64,000 nt of DNA. Source: Lentisphaerae bacterium GWF2_44_16 (GTDB lineage Bacteria; Verrucomicrobiota; Lentisphaeria; Victivallales; GWF2-45-14). The stretch lies in the NCBI GenBank assembly GCA_001803225.1, contig MHBF01000168.1, positions 589-64,588 of the forward strand. Direction: 5' to 3'. Of this stretch, positions 18,042-28,600 are shown piece by piece (within the stretch, counting starts at the first letter, position 1; every line of letters starts with the position of its first letter). The notes beneath the pieces are model-generated. The model made no database searches, had not been told where the DNA came from, and was given only the letters and a program-made list of their open reading frames with translations. The position numbers and the translations under genes were made by a program.

Positions 18042-18129
18042 GAATCTCCGGCCCGCCCGCAGGGCGTGGGAGTCCGTCCGTAATACCCCGTCGCTCTGCG
18101 GCGGGGATAGGATGGACGGGAGGAGATTC
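18042..18129 (+). ncRNA. Candidate structured RNA or palindromic element (unclassified)
   Basis: An 88-nt GC-rich island in an AT-rich intergenic region. Closing helix GAATCTCC (18042-18049) / GGAGATTC (18122-18129). Hairpin 18056-18070. A 9-bp helix 18073-18081 / 18112-18120 encloses a 9-bp hairpin 18086-18094 / 18098-18106. Four G-U pairs exist only in the plus-strand reading. Confidence 0.4.
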
Positions 18130-18169
18130 TTTATTTACAATAAAAAATGCTTCAAAAAAAATTAAACTA

Positions 18170-18198
18170 TTGACTTTTATTGATTAATAATATATTAT
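18170..18198 (+). promoter_or_regulatory. Sigma70-type promoter of the 18241->31380 plus-strand operon
   Basis: TTGACT (18170-18175), 17-nt spacer, TATTAT (18193-18198). AAGGTG SD before the ATG at 18241. Confidence 0.55.
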
Positions 18199-18240
18199 AT
18201 ATAAAAATAATATATCAATATTGTAAAAGGTGATGCTGAG

Positions 18241-19497
18241 ATGAAAAAAACAATTTTGGTGGGGGCCAGTTACAGGGGGCTTTTCGGGTTTGTAAAGCCC
18301 TTGATAAATAATTATTCCACTGAATATAAAGTTGCGGCAGTCTGTGATTTGAGTCTGGATAGAATAAAAGTCATGAATGAGCTTGCGGGCGTTGCTCTGC
18401 CCGGATATGATGATTTCGACACTATGGTAAAAGATATCAGGCCCGACATGGCGATCATTGCCTCTATTGACAGTTCGCATATCGACTATATAGAAAAATG
18501 TCTTCAGCTGGGCATTGAATGCGTATGCGAAAAGCCCTTGTGCATTGATGCTGAACAGTGTAGACGGGTAAGGAAAGCACAGAAATTGAACCCCTCGGTT
18601 AAAGCTGTTACCACCCACAATTACCGGTACAGTCCGTACATGCTTAGGATAAAGGAAATACTTGATTCAGGGAAAATAGGCAAAATCCGTTCCGTCAACT
18701 TCGACGAATATCTAGACTGGCGTCATGGGACAAGTTATTTCCGCAGATGGAACAGAACGAAGAAAAATTCCGGAGGACTGCTTGTCCATAAGGCATCTCA
18801 TCATTTTGACCTGATAAACTGGTTTGTCGCTTCGCTTCCGAAGAACTTGAGCGCGCATGGACGACTGATTGCTTATGGCGCTCAAAACTGTCTCTTTAAA
18901 GCTGATGACAAATACGGTCCCGCCTGCCATAAATGTTCAAAAACAAAAGAAGAGTGCCGTTACAAAACACAATTGGATGGTATGCGTGATAAGATGTATT
19001 TCAAAAGCAATGGCGGCAATGGCTACACTCCGGATCTTTGTGTTTTCTCTCCCGAAATAGATACCTATGACCATGTGAGCGTCGGTTATGATTATGCCAA
19101 TGGAGTTCACGTCGCATATTCCCTCTGCGCCCATGCGTCTTATGAGGGTATGAGAATAAGCATAGAAGGTAGCAAAGCTCGCCTTGATTATCAGGAAATA
19201 TTGTCTACATCTCCGATGGAAACCTCAGCTGTTTACGGTTCTGAGACAATTACTAAAAAGGAAATAATGATAATTCCCTTTGAAAAAAATATTGAACGTG
19301 TCCATGTTGAAAAAGTGGAAGGTGGACATGGCGGCGCCGACTATATGATGCACCGGGACCTTTTCGGCGGAGGAAAGAGCAATGCAGAGGCAAGCCTTGA
19401 AGACGGTATTCAGGCTGTTCTTGTAGGTTCCGCCGCGAATATTTCCATTGAAACGGGGTGCAGGGTGGATATACAATCGCTGGCGCCTGTAAATTGA
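18241..19497 (+). CDS. Gfo/Idh/MocA family oxidoreductase (long form, 418 aa)
   Basis: ILVGASYRGLFGFVKPL, IIASIDSSHIDYIEKCLQLGIECVCEKPL. The C-terminal alpha/beta domain carries a Cys-rich insert (CHKCSKTKEECRY). Confidence 0.8.
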   Translation: MKKTILVGASYRGLFGFVKPLINNYSTEYKVAAVCDLSLDRIKVMNELAGVALPGYDDFDTMVKDIRPDMAIIASIDSSHIDYIEKCLQLGIECVCEKPLCIDAEQCRRVRKAQKLNPSVKAVTTHNYRYSPYMLRIKEILDSGKIGKIRSVNFDEYLDWRHGTSYFRRWNRTKKNSGGLLVHKASHHFDLINWFVASLPKNLSAHGRLIAYGAQNCLFKADDKYGPACHKCSKTKEECRYKTQLDGMRDKMYFKSNGGNGYTPDLCVFSPEIDTYDHVSVGYDYANGVHVAYSLCAHASYEGMRISIEGSKARLDYQEILSTSPMETSAVYGSETITKKEIMIIPFEKNIERVHVEKVEGGHGGADYMMHRDLFGGGKSNAEASLEDGIQAVLVGSAANISIETGCRVDIQSLAPVN

Positions 19498-19509
19498 GGA
19501 AAGTTTTTT

Positions 19510-20661
19510 ATGAAAAATAGAATAAGAAAAATTGTCAATGATAATAAGCCCGGAATACTGGCCTTCCTTAAAGCTCTTGTGGACACGAACAGTTACTCCT
19601 ACAATAAAGAAGGGGTGAACAGGATAGGAGAGATTATAAAAGGCGCGATGCCCGGATGTTTTTCTTCTGAAATAATCAGGCATGAAAAATATGGAGACAA
19701 TTATATATACACCAACAAATTCAATAAGCGCAGACCGCTCCTGCTTGTCGGGCACATGGATACCCTCTGCCCCGAGGACAAGAAATTCAACCGGCTGGAA
19801 AAGTCCGGCGAAAAGTTGACAGGTCCCGGCGTTAATGACATGAAGGGCGGACTCGCCGTGCTGGTCTGGTCGCTGAAAATACTCGAAGAGTCAGGCATCC
19901 TGAAAGGAATTCCCGTAACTTGCATCTTCAATTCCGATGAAGAAATAGGCTCTGTTTTTTCAAACCGGATTTTCAGAGGCATGAAAGGAAAAGCGGAACT
20001 GGCATTGGTCTTTGAATGTGGCGGGCCGGAAGGAACGGTTGTAAGCACACGCAAAAGCAACGCGCGTTTCCGCCTGAACATTACCGGTGAGCCGAACCAC
20101 TTCGGAAATCTCAAGGGACGGAAAGTCAGTGCCGTTGAGGAGCTCGGAAATAAAATACTTGAGATAGAAGCACTGAACCGTCCTGATAAAAGTGTTGCTG
20201 CCAATGTAGGCAGGGTCGGCGGAGGCCTCGCGGCAAACGCAGTGGCTGAAAGCGCGTTTATGGAGTTTGAAGTGCGGCACTGGAATTCTGATATTGAAAA
20301 AGAAACTCTTAAAAAAATAAAAAAGATATTGTCCAAGTCCCATGTAAAAGGCTGTAAACTGGAACTTGATGAAATGGCATACAGGCCTCCGATGGAGCCT
20401 TCCGGAAAATCGATGAGATTATTTGATATGATAGTGGAAACGGGAAAAGGACTTGGCCATAAAATAATTGAGGAAAAACGCGGAGGCCTTTCCGATGGCA
20501 ACTGGCTCTCTCATGTCGGCATTCCGACAATTGACGGACTGGGGCCTCTAGGTGATGGGGATTTTACAACTAATGAATTTATTTTAACGAAGACCCTGTT
20601 TGAAAGAATAGAACTTGTTTCAAATCTGCTTTTGAGAATCCATAATGGATGGACTTTATGA
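19510..20661 (+). CDS. Peptidase M20 family (carboxypeptidase G2 / glutamate carboxypeptidase-like)
   Basis: LLVGHMDTLCP, GPGVNDMKGG, FNSDEEIGS and DGLGPLGDGDFT are the M20A metal-ligand and catalytic motifs. Confidence 0.85.
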   Translation: MKNRIRKIVNDNKPGILAFLKALVDTNSYSYNKEGVNRIGEIIKGAMPGCFSSEIIRHEKYGDNYIYTNKFNKRRPLLLVGHMDTLCPEDKKFNRLEKSGEKLTGPGVNDMKGGLAVLVWSLKILEESGILKGIPVTCIFNSDEEIGSVFSNRIFRGMKGKAELALVFECGGPEGTVVSTRKSNARFRLNITGEPNHFGNLKGRKVSAVEELGNKILEIEALNRPDKSVAANVGRVGGGLAANAVAESAFMEFEVRHWNSDIEKETLKKIKKILSKSHVKGCKLELDEMAYRPPMEPSGKSMRLFDMIVETGKGLGHKIIEEKRGGLSDGNWLSHVGIPTIDGLGPLGDGDFTTNEFILTKTLFERIELVSNLLLRIHNGWTL

Positions 20662-21560
20662 AAGAGATGGGAAAAGAAATTAAAATTGTAACTACCGATT
20701 CAGGACTGGGCGGCCTTTCCATAACAGCTTTACTGGCAGAGCGCCTGAAGAAGGAAAGGCAATTTGAAAGAGTGAATTTGACATTTTTCAATTGCAGACC
20801 GTCTGATGAGATTGGATATGATAATCTTCCTGATAACGAGACGCGGGCTTCGGTGTTCTCGAATGCGCTTTATTCCATTCAGGATAAACTGAAACCGGAT
20901 ATCATACTTATAGCATGCAATACCCTGTCCGTGATTTTTGATAAGACAGATTTTTCAAAGAAAACAACAGTTCCGGTTATCGGTATAGTGTCCAATGGTG
21001 TAAATGAAATATATGAATATATGAAAACTGACAACGATTTGCGGATGATAATGTTCGCAACGCCCACGACTGTGATTTCAAATGTTCACAGAAAGATGCT
21101 TGAAGAAAGAGGCATTTCTCCTGACAGATTGATTTATCAGGAATGCAGAGGCCTTGCCGGAGAAATAGAAAAGGGGGCAGAAGAGAAAGTCAGAAGTATG
21201 ATTGAAGATTTCATGCGAAGCGCCGCTTCCGAAACTGTCAGGAAACCGATTTCAGTATCCCTCCTATGCACACATTTCGACTATGTCCACGATATTTTTC
21301 GTGAGGAAGCCGGAAAAATATTGTCATTTAATGGGAAAATAATAAACCCAAATTCGGGAATGGTCGCAAATTTTCTGAACAATTTTCCCGAAAGACAAGT
21401 CAGTAAAACTGATATTTCCATAAAGGTGATGACTCAGACAAGGCATACCAGAGAAATGAAAAGAGCTCTTGTTCAAAAACTTGAAGACACATCATCGGCT
21501 GTAGCGTCCGCATTTGAAAATGATATTCTGGAAAAGAACTTTTTTGAATACAGTTTTTGA
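20649..21560 (+). CDS. Asp/Glu racemase family protein (glutamate racemase-like)
   Basis: TTDSGLGGLS (cf. MurI DSGVGG), first catalytic Cys IACNTLS, second Cys LCTHFD (cf. GCTHYP). There is a 13-nt overlap with the M20 gene. Confidence 0.75.
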   Translation: MDFMKEMGKEIKIVTTDSGLGGLSITALLAERLKKERQFERVNLTFFNCRPSDEIGYDNLPDNETRASVFSNALYSIQDKLKPDIILIACNTLSVIFDKTDFSKKTTVPVIGIVSNGVNEIYEYMKTDNDLRMIMFATPTTVISNVHRKMLEERGISPDRLIYQECRGLAGEIEKGAEEKVRSMIEDFMRSAASETVRKPISVSLLCTHFDYVHDIFREEAGKILSFNGKIINPNSGMVANFLNNFPERQVSKTDISIKVMTQTRHTREMKRALVQKLEDTSSAVASAFENDILEKNFFEYSF

Positions 21561-21630
21561 TAAATAAATGTCGCGCTTTAGTGTTTTTCTGAATATTATG
21601 TATTATAATATGGTTATGAGGGTATGTAAC

Positions 21631-22395
21631 ATGGCATTTAGTGGCAATAAATTTGTTTTTTCGCTTATTGAACTTCTGATAGTTATTTCTGTTATTGCTG
21701 TTTTGGCGGGGCTTCTTTTGCCGGCATTAAAACACTCCAAAGATATGTCTTATCGCATTAGTTGCGCAAGCAATATGAAACAACTCGGAAGCGGTTATTA
21801 CATGTATGATACCGATTTTGGACGCCTTCCGGCATTTTGGGATGAAATTTACGGGGACGGATACAGGGAACCGGGGCATTATCTCAAACGCACAGACTCG
21901 GGAAATACCCAGTGGCTTGGTTTTGGCGCCTTGGCCGGTTCCGGGATAATCACAAGCGGCAGGGGCTTTTACTGCCCAAGTAAAACTAACGTGAATCCCA
22001 ACGGTTCTTTCAGATATGAAGGTTCATATGCCAACGGCAATGGCAAATGGCGTAATGATTTGAATGCTGAAGTTCAAGTTACAGATAACTACTGGCAAAG
22101 GTGGAATAAAACGACAAGTTATTATGAAAATACGACGGCTGGATTGGTGCCGATGATCAGCAAATTGACAAATAACTCGCCGAACAGGTGGCTTGCCGCC
22201 GACATGTGGGGATATTACGCTGTAACAACTGATCAGTATTGGTATCCTCACCCTAACGGGTTCAATATTCTTTATATTGATGGACATGCCGGTTTCATAA
22301 AAACGAGTCTGACTACTATTATAAGTTTATATTCAGGAAACGCCGCTTATGTGTGTCCAAAACTGACAAACACTTTCGGTTTAACTGTGCCATGA
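21631..22395 (+). CDS. Prepilin-type N-terminal domain protein, H-X9-DG family
   Basis: [38 protein letters not shown]; C-terminal PH-PNGFNILYI-DGH. I chose the internal ATG at 21631 so the leader length is typical. The track ORF starts at 21568. Confidence 0.8.
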   Translation: MAFSGNKFVFSLIELLIVISVIAVLAGLLLPALKHSKDMSYRISCASNMKQLGSGYYMYDTDFGRLPAFWDEIYGDGYREPGHYLKRTDSGNTQWLGFGALAGSGIITSGRGFYCPSKTNVNPNGSFRYEGSYANGNGKWRNDLNAEVQVTDNYWQRWNKTTSYYENTTAGLVPMISKLTNNSPNRWLAADMWGYYAVTTDQYWYPHPNGFNILYIDGHAGFIKTSLTTIISLYSGNAAYVCPKLTNTFGLTVP

Positions 22396-22428
22396 TGATG
22401 AAGAATTACTGAAAAAAGGATTTGGCAG

Positions 22429-23121
22429 ATGGGAAAAAACAAAATAGAATCAAGGTGTTTCGGATGGAGAAAATGTCTTTTTACTTTAATTGAGCTCCTC
22501 ATGGTGGTATCAATTATAATGATTATGGCAAGTCTGCTTCTTCCGGCTTTAAATAAAGTACGTGATACTTCGAAGAGAATAAAATGCATCAATAATTTGA
22601 AGCAGGTTGCACTTTATGCCTCAATGTATTCTGAAGCATATAATGATTACCTTCTGCCTACTCAAGCTATCTATGGCGGAACTAATATGAAGTTCCCTCA
22701 GCTTTTGGTAAATTTGGGTATTACTCCGCCAAATTCCTATACAGGCCAAACCCCGATAATGTTTTATGTTTGTCCGTCGGAAAAACCGGGTTCTATTTCT
22801 CCTCATTATGATGATCCGCCTTCATCATGGCGCGGAACTCATTATGGACTTAGCGCCTATGTTTGCGGACGGACTATTACGGGCGGAGTCTATGATAGAA
22901 CATTAATGAAAATGAACAGAGTAAAAATACCGAGCGAAAGAATATATGGAGGCGACGGCAAGGGAAACAGTTATCCTGACATTAGCGCTACGCCTGGCAA
23001 TCTTGTCATGCGTCATTCTAACTCAGGATGTGTTTTTTATGTTGACGGGCACGCCAATGCCAGAAAGTCATTTGCCTTGAATGCCTCTGACTATGAATGG
23101 GGATATCAAGCAACGGATTAG
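22429..23121 (+). CDS. Prepilin-type N-terminal domain protein, H-X9-DG family
   Basis: [33 protein letters not shown]; [14 protein letters not shown]. Related to the next two genes ([11 protein letters not shown]..., SDYEWG). Confidence 0.85.
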   Translation: MGKNKIESRCFGWRKCLFTLIELLMVVSIIMIMASLLLPALNKVRDTSKRIKCINNLKQVALYASMYSEAYNDYLLPTQAIYGGTNMKFPQLLVNLGITPPNSYTGQTPIMFYVCPSEKPGSISPHYDDPPSSWRGTHYGLSAYVCGRTITGGVYDRTLMKMNRVKIPSERIYGGDGKGNSYPDISATPGNLVMRHSNSGCVFYVDGHANARKSFALNASDYEWGYQATD

Positions 23122-23137
23122 CATAATAAGGATAAAT

Positions 23138-23836
23138 ATGAATAAATTGAAACTATTTATGAGTGAGATATCGGTTTTTACACTGCTTGAACTCCTGATA
23201 GTGATATCAATTATCGCTATTCTCGCGGCCATCTTACTACCGTCATTGCAAAGTGCCAGGAACCTCGCGAAGGAAATAAAATGCCTGAACAATGAAAAAC
23301 AAATTTATGGCTTTGCTTCGTTTTACACTCAGGACTATAATGACTATCTCCTTCCCAACAGAGGATGCATCCCTTCTTCCTTTGGCTCCAATATCGGCAT
23401 GCCCTTTCCTCAGTTACTTCAGGACGTGGGAATTGCTCCACAGGGGACTTTTCTTGATAACAATGCACCGGTACAGGGAAAAATGTATCACTGTCCGATG
23501 GAACCGTTGTCTGCCGTTTCCCCATATACAGGAGTACAATGGAGGGGGACTAACTATGGACTTAATCAATATATTTGCGGGCAGTTTTACTATATGGATA
23601 CAGGTTTTACCTATCCTTTTTTAAAAATTATAAAAATCAGTCAGACAAGCAAACGCTTGTATGGAGGGGACAATACAGGCAATTCTTATCCAAGGATCGA
23701 CTCCACGAGCGGATTGCCGATGCGACACTCAGGCAAATCATGTACTTTTTATGTGGACGGACATGCCGGAACTGTTAAGATAATTCCTGCATATTCTTCT
23801 TATGAGTGGGGTGTGAGCAGTTACTGGAGTAATTGA
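23138..23836 (+). CDS. Prepilin-type N-terminal domain protein, H-X9-DG family (tandem paralogue A)
   Basis: [73 protein letters not shown]; [14 protein letters not shown]. Start taken at the internal ATG 23138. Confidence 0.85.
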   Translation: MNKLKLFMSEISVFTLLELLIVISIIAILAAILLPSLQSARNLAKEIKCLNNEKQIYGFASFYTQDYNDYLLPNRGCIPSSFGSNIGMPFPQLLQDVGIAPQGTFLDNNAPVQGKMYHCPMEPLSAVSPYTGVQWRGTNYGLNQYICGQFYYMDTGFTYPFLKIIKISQTSKRLYGGDNTGNSYPRIDSTSGLPMRHSGKSCTFYVDGHAGTVKIIPAYSSYEWGVSSYWSN

Positions 23837-23858
23837 AGAAAAATATAAAGGTAAAATT

Positions 23859-24551
23859 ATGGAACATGCCGGTAAGTTAAATTTACTTAAAGATAAAATA
23901 GCATTCACATTGCTTGAGCTCCTGATAGTGATATCAATTATAGCGATTCTTGCCGCTATGTTACTTCCTGCATTAAAAAGTGCCAGGAACCTCGCGAAAG
24001 AAATAAAGTGTTTGAACAATGAAAAGCAAATTTACGGATTCGCATCGTTCTATACTCAGGATTACAATGATTATCTGCTTCCTGACCAGGCCTTTATCGG
24101 AACGGATAGATGCGTTTTTCCAAGACTGCTTCAGGAAATAGGAATTGCGCCGCAAGGTACATATGCAAATATTGGCGCTCCAGTTGCTGGTAAAATGTAT
24201 CACTGCCCGATGGAGCCTCTAACAGCGTTTTCTCCATATACAGGCGGTAATTGGCGTGGTACTCACTATGGACTTAACGGATATATCTGCGGGCATGATT
24301 TCAACACTTCTACAGGAGCTTACACTTATCCCCTTCTTAAAGTGACAAAAATAAGCCAAACAAGCAAAAGATTGTATGGCGGAGATAATAATGGAAACAG
24401 TTACCCGGAAATAAATTCAACAACCGGTCTTGTCATGCGCCATTCAGGAAAGTCTTCCGCTTTCTATATTGACGGACATGCGGGAACGGTAAAGGCTATT
24501 CCTGCATATTCTTCTTATGAATGGGGCGTAAGCAGTTATTGGAATGATTAA
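23859..24551 (+). CDS. Prepilin-type N-terminal domain protein, H-X9-DG family (tandem paralogue B)
   Basis: [64 protein letters not shown]; [14 protein letters not shown]. Long identical stretches are shared with 23138-23836. Confidence 0.85.
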   Translation: MEHAGKLNLLKDKIAFTLLELLIVISIIAILAAMLLPALKSARNLAKEIKCLNNEKQIYGFASFYTQDYNDYLLPDQAFIGTDRCVFPRLLQEIGIAPQGTYANIGAPVAGKMYHCPMEPLTAFSPYTGGNWRGTHYGLNGYICGHDFNTSTGAYTYPLLKVTKISQTSKRLYGGDNNGNSYPEINSTTGLVMRHSGKSSAFYIDGHAGTVKAIPAYSSYEWGVSSYWND

Positions 24552-24566
24552 AAAAAGGAATTTAAA

Positions 24567-25610
24567 GTGAAAGTAATAGATTTAAGGAGCGATACCGTTA
24601 CGAAGCCCACAGAGGAAATGCGCGAAGCCATGGCGCGTGCCGAAGTAGGCAATGAGGCATATGGGGAAGACCCGACAATATTGGAACTTGAAAAACTGGC
24701 TGTTGAATTGACTGGAATGGAAGCAGCCTTGTTTGTTGCGTCAGGCAAACAGGGAAATCTCTCAAGTGTTCTTGCGCATTGCAGAAGAGACGATGGTGTC
24801 TGTGTCGGCAAGGAATCGCACATATATTTTCACGAAGGAAGAGGTGTAGTCACCCTGAGCGGAGTACAGCTTCTTTTTACTGATGATTCAAAAGGGATAC
24901 CTGCGCCTGAAAATATTTTTCATGTTACGGATAAAGCAAATTGCAGGCATGCCCCGCCCAAGCTTCTATGCCTTGAGAATACTCATAATTTTGCGGGCGG
25001 TTTGGCTGTGCCTCCTGATATTTTCAAGAGAGCAGTTGACGCGGCCCGTGATGTCGGGCTTAAGGTACATCTTGACGGGGCAAGGATTTTTGATGCCGTG
25101 GCAAAATGGGGAATTGACGTTAAAAACTACACTGAAATTGTCGATTCCGTTCAGATATGTCTTACAAAAACTCTTGCGGCTCCGCTGGGTTCTATCGTTT
25201 GCGGAAGTAAAGAGTTTATAAAGGAGGCAAGGTCATGGAGAAACAGGCTTGGCGGTTCATTCAGGCAGGCCGGAATAGTCGGGGCAGCGGGATTAATATC
25301 TTTGAATAAGATGAGACTGAGGCTTTTAGAAGATCATAAAAGGGCGGAGTATTTCCGTAATAAACTAAAGGAAGCAGGACTTGATGTTCAGATGCATGAC
25401 TGGAGCACCAATATGGTGTTTATAAATTTTGATAAAGAGGTTAATTTTGATAAAATGGAAAAATTGTGCAAGTCAAATAATGTCCTTATTGGATTTACGT
25501 CTCTCAAGAGGATGCGTTTGGTTGTGCATAATGATATTGATAACAATGATTTGGATTTTGCCTCGGGAATAATACCACAGGCCATATATTCGGTTTTGAA
25601 AAATTCATAA
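24567..25610 (+). CDS. ltaE: Low-specificity L-threonine aldolase (beta-eliminating lyase / PLP fold type I)
   Basis: IDLRSDTVTKPTEEMREAMARAEVGNEAYGEDPT, ALFVASGKQGNL, and the PLP-Lys region ICLTKTLAAPLGS are classical LtaE motifs. Confidence 0.8.
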   Translation: MKVIDLRSDTVTKPTEEMREAMARAEVGNEAYGEDPTILELEKLAVELTGMEAALFVASGKQGNLSSVLAHCRRDDGVCVGKESHIYFHEGRGVVTLSGVQLLFTDDSKGIPAPENIFHVTDKANCRHAPPKLLCLENTHNFAGGLAVPPDIFKRAVDAARDVGLKVHLDGARIFDAVAKWGIDVKNYTEIVDSVQICLTKTLAAPLGSIVCGSKEFIKEARSWRNRLGGSFRQAGIVGAAGLISLNKMRLRLLEDHKRAEYFRNKLKEAGLDVQMHDWSTNMVFINFDKEVNFDKMEKLCKSNNVLIGFTSLKRMRLVVHNDIDNNDLDFASGIIPQAIYSVLKNS

Positions 25611-25644
25611 GTCGTTAAAAAATATTAATACAAGGAGATGCGCA

Positions 25645-28600
25645 ATGTTGGGATTGAAAAAGATGTTTTGTGCCGGGTTTATCATGATGGGGGCAAGTGC
25701 GGTTTTTTCAGATTGTTTCATCAAGGAGACTGAGGGAAAATATCTCCTCGGCAATGAATATATAAAAGTTACTGTGGAACCGGAAAAAGGTGGGAGTATA
25801 TCTGAATTTGAGTTTTGTCCTCTGGATATCAATTTTAGCCAGGCAGAAGGGAACTCTCTGGTGGATGAATTTTACGCGCAGTACAAAAAAGATGGTAAAA
25901 CAAATATTTACACTGAAGCCATAGACAAAAGAAAATTTATTCCTGAGATAATTAAGAATACAGCGGAAGAAATTCAGCTTAAACTCAGCGCCAGCGGAGG
26001 TTCAACGGAATTTGAGTGGCTCACTTTTTCAAAGACATATTCACTGAAAAAAAATTCTTCTGCTCTTAAAATTGATTATATTTGTCAGAACAATACAGAT
26101 CAGGCACATCAACTCGGCATAAGGACAAAGGCTTTTCTCAGAAAAAAAGGCTTTTTCCCTGAGAAAAACATTTTCATCACTCCGACGTGTAACGGGATAC
26201 TCGAAATAGAGCAACCCGGAGCGAACGCAACGCCGGGAGGGGATTATCACATGGAACCGGCTGCCGGATGGGAAGCTGTGGTGGGCGCTCAGGATGGAAG
26301 CGGGATACTGATTATCGTTGATGATAAGCTTATTTCATGTTTCTTCAACTGGTACCGTGATTCCGGCTTTTCATCTACGACGGAGTGGTTTCTGAGAGAA
26401 CAAGTCATAGCAGGCAATGGTTCTTTTACTGCCTCAGTAACACTTCTCCCGATCGAAGGAATGAAAAGAATTGACGGCATAGCAAAAGGAAACATCGCAT
26501 GTGGAATATCTCCTGACGGTAAAGTTTATCTTATCTCCCCTGAGAAAATATACCTCGATGTGAGAATAGGGACGGAAGAGACAAAAAAGGCCGAATTGCT
26601 GCCCTCAAAACTTATAGTCATGGATTTCACGCCTCTTAAAAACGGTGTCATTGAAGTCTCTATTTATAAAGGAAAAGAACTTCTAGGAAAAATCGAAAGA
26701 AACTCTGACGGAAAGGAAATAGTCAGAAAAGAGCCACAAAGGACGGGAGTAAAAGCAGTTGCACCAATATATTATAAATATTACAGGGGCGCGGAGGCTG
26801 AAGGTATAGTTCTGCGGAAACTCGCCTCCGTCGAAAAGAGCGGCAGTAGCGGAAAAAACGGTATTGAGAAAACAGTTCTCCGTCAGTTTGAAGATTCTCT
26901 TGCCGAAGCATATCTCTCTCCTGAAATGATGCCGATGGCGGAAAAAGGAGTATGTCTTTATGAAATGGATAAGAGTGGAAGAACGGAAGTTGAAGTAATA
27001 TCCTGTCTGAAAAAAGAAAAGGATGGTTCAGGTATTCTGTTTTGGGAGGTAAAAGGACTCGGAGGCAGGCCGCTGGATGCAAAAGAGAAAGATGGCGAAC
27101 TCTATGATAAAACAGGAAAATCCCTTGGTAGGATAGAACAGAAATACAGCATAGCGTTTGGAAGGAAATCAAAAAAAACGGATACTCTGAATGAAAAGGC
27201 CAACATGCTCGCAAACGCCTCCTTCGAAGATGAGTATTTCGATTTTTATAAGAGGAGTAAAGAACTTGTTTCCCAGGATGACAAGACTTTTCAATCAGGT
27301 AAAAAATCACTAAAAATAACAAAAAAACCTAAGGACAATTATACTTCCGTTCCTTTTTGGGGAATAGTTGAGGGGAACAGAAATTATGATATTTCAGCAT
27401 GGTGCAGGCAGGATACCACAGGCAAGGCGCTTGTTACAATGCCGGTATATTTCTATGACAAAGACTGGGTACAGATAAAAGACCTGAAAGGAAATGTCTG
27501 GAAGAAATATGCCATGCAGCAGGAAGGTTCATTTGAATGGCGGAAATTTGGGGGAATTATCAAATCACCTGAAAATGCGAGATTCATTCAGATATCCGTT
27601 ACAGGGCGACCTGAGGAAGGCGGAGCCCTCTGGATTGACGATATAAATATAAAATCGCAGTTGATTAAAGCCTCGAACGATATGGAAGAGGAATTGGCAA
27701 AGATAAAGAGCTCTACTTACAAAGCAATTGATGAAATATTTGCGGTAAGCGAAGATTTCATAACACCTCATGAAAAATGGCTCAAGCCTAAATCAGGGAA
27801 AAAAACTGAAATACTATGGCTTACGTCTTTGAAATACGCTGCCGATATCAGAAAAAGGGAACTTGTGGAAATGGCCCAGCGGATGAGCATGGACTATAAA
27901 TTTATTCCCTTACTTCCTAAAATGTTGACCCCTTCACGTGGTTTTCAGGGAATGAATGGCGGCGACACATACGGAACGGCGCTTGAACCCTATATAATCA
28001 TGTTGCTCCAGAAAGAGTTGTCCGAGAAAAAATATGATGTGATTGTTGTACAGGACTTGAGCTTTACAGGTTCGGCGCAGGCATGCGGTCAACGGAGTGA
28101 AATAGAAGCAAGCAAGAAGATTGAGACTGTTCAGAAAGAATTTACAGATATGCTCCTCAATGCCGCGAAAGAAGGAGCTGGACTTGTATTTTATAATTGT
28201 AAAGATATTCCTGCTGAATTTCAGAAGATACAGAAGGAAAATAAAGTGAAAACACCTGAAGGCATTTTGATCATGCCCCAGATCAGGAAAGTTGCCGATA
28301 GCCGCCTTAAATCAATATGCACTACGGCGAATTGCGGAAAAGGACGGATCGCGATCCTTGATGCTAATCAATCTCTTTATCCGTGTATTCCGGCCAATCG
28401 CGTAAATGAAATAACTGGAATCTGTTATGATTACAATATAAGAAGTTTTCCGTATATGGAGTATAAGCTTGCTCCTTTCATTAAAGCCATTCGCTGGGCG
28501 TCCTGGGAAAATGCAAAAGCCGTAATTGAGAAACTCTCTTTTGATAACGGCAAACTTAATTTCACAATATCTGCAGAAGAAGATGGAGATTATACCATTG

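Noticed and set aside
18031-18060. A TTCGAATC string resembling a tRNA T-loop, at the start of the GC-rich element.
   Set aside because: No acceptor, D or anticodon arms can be drawn on either strand. The flanking bases do not form a T-stem.
19701-20501. 266-aa minus-strand ORF opposite the M20 peptidase gene. The same applies to 11653-12501 (+) opposite the ceramidase-like gene and 30282-30896 (-) opposite the giant gene.
   Set aside because: The opposite strand carries clear catalytic motifs. These ORFs have no start context and no family resemblance.
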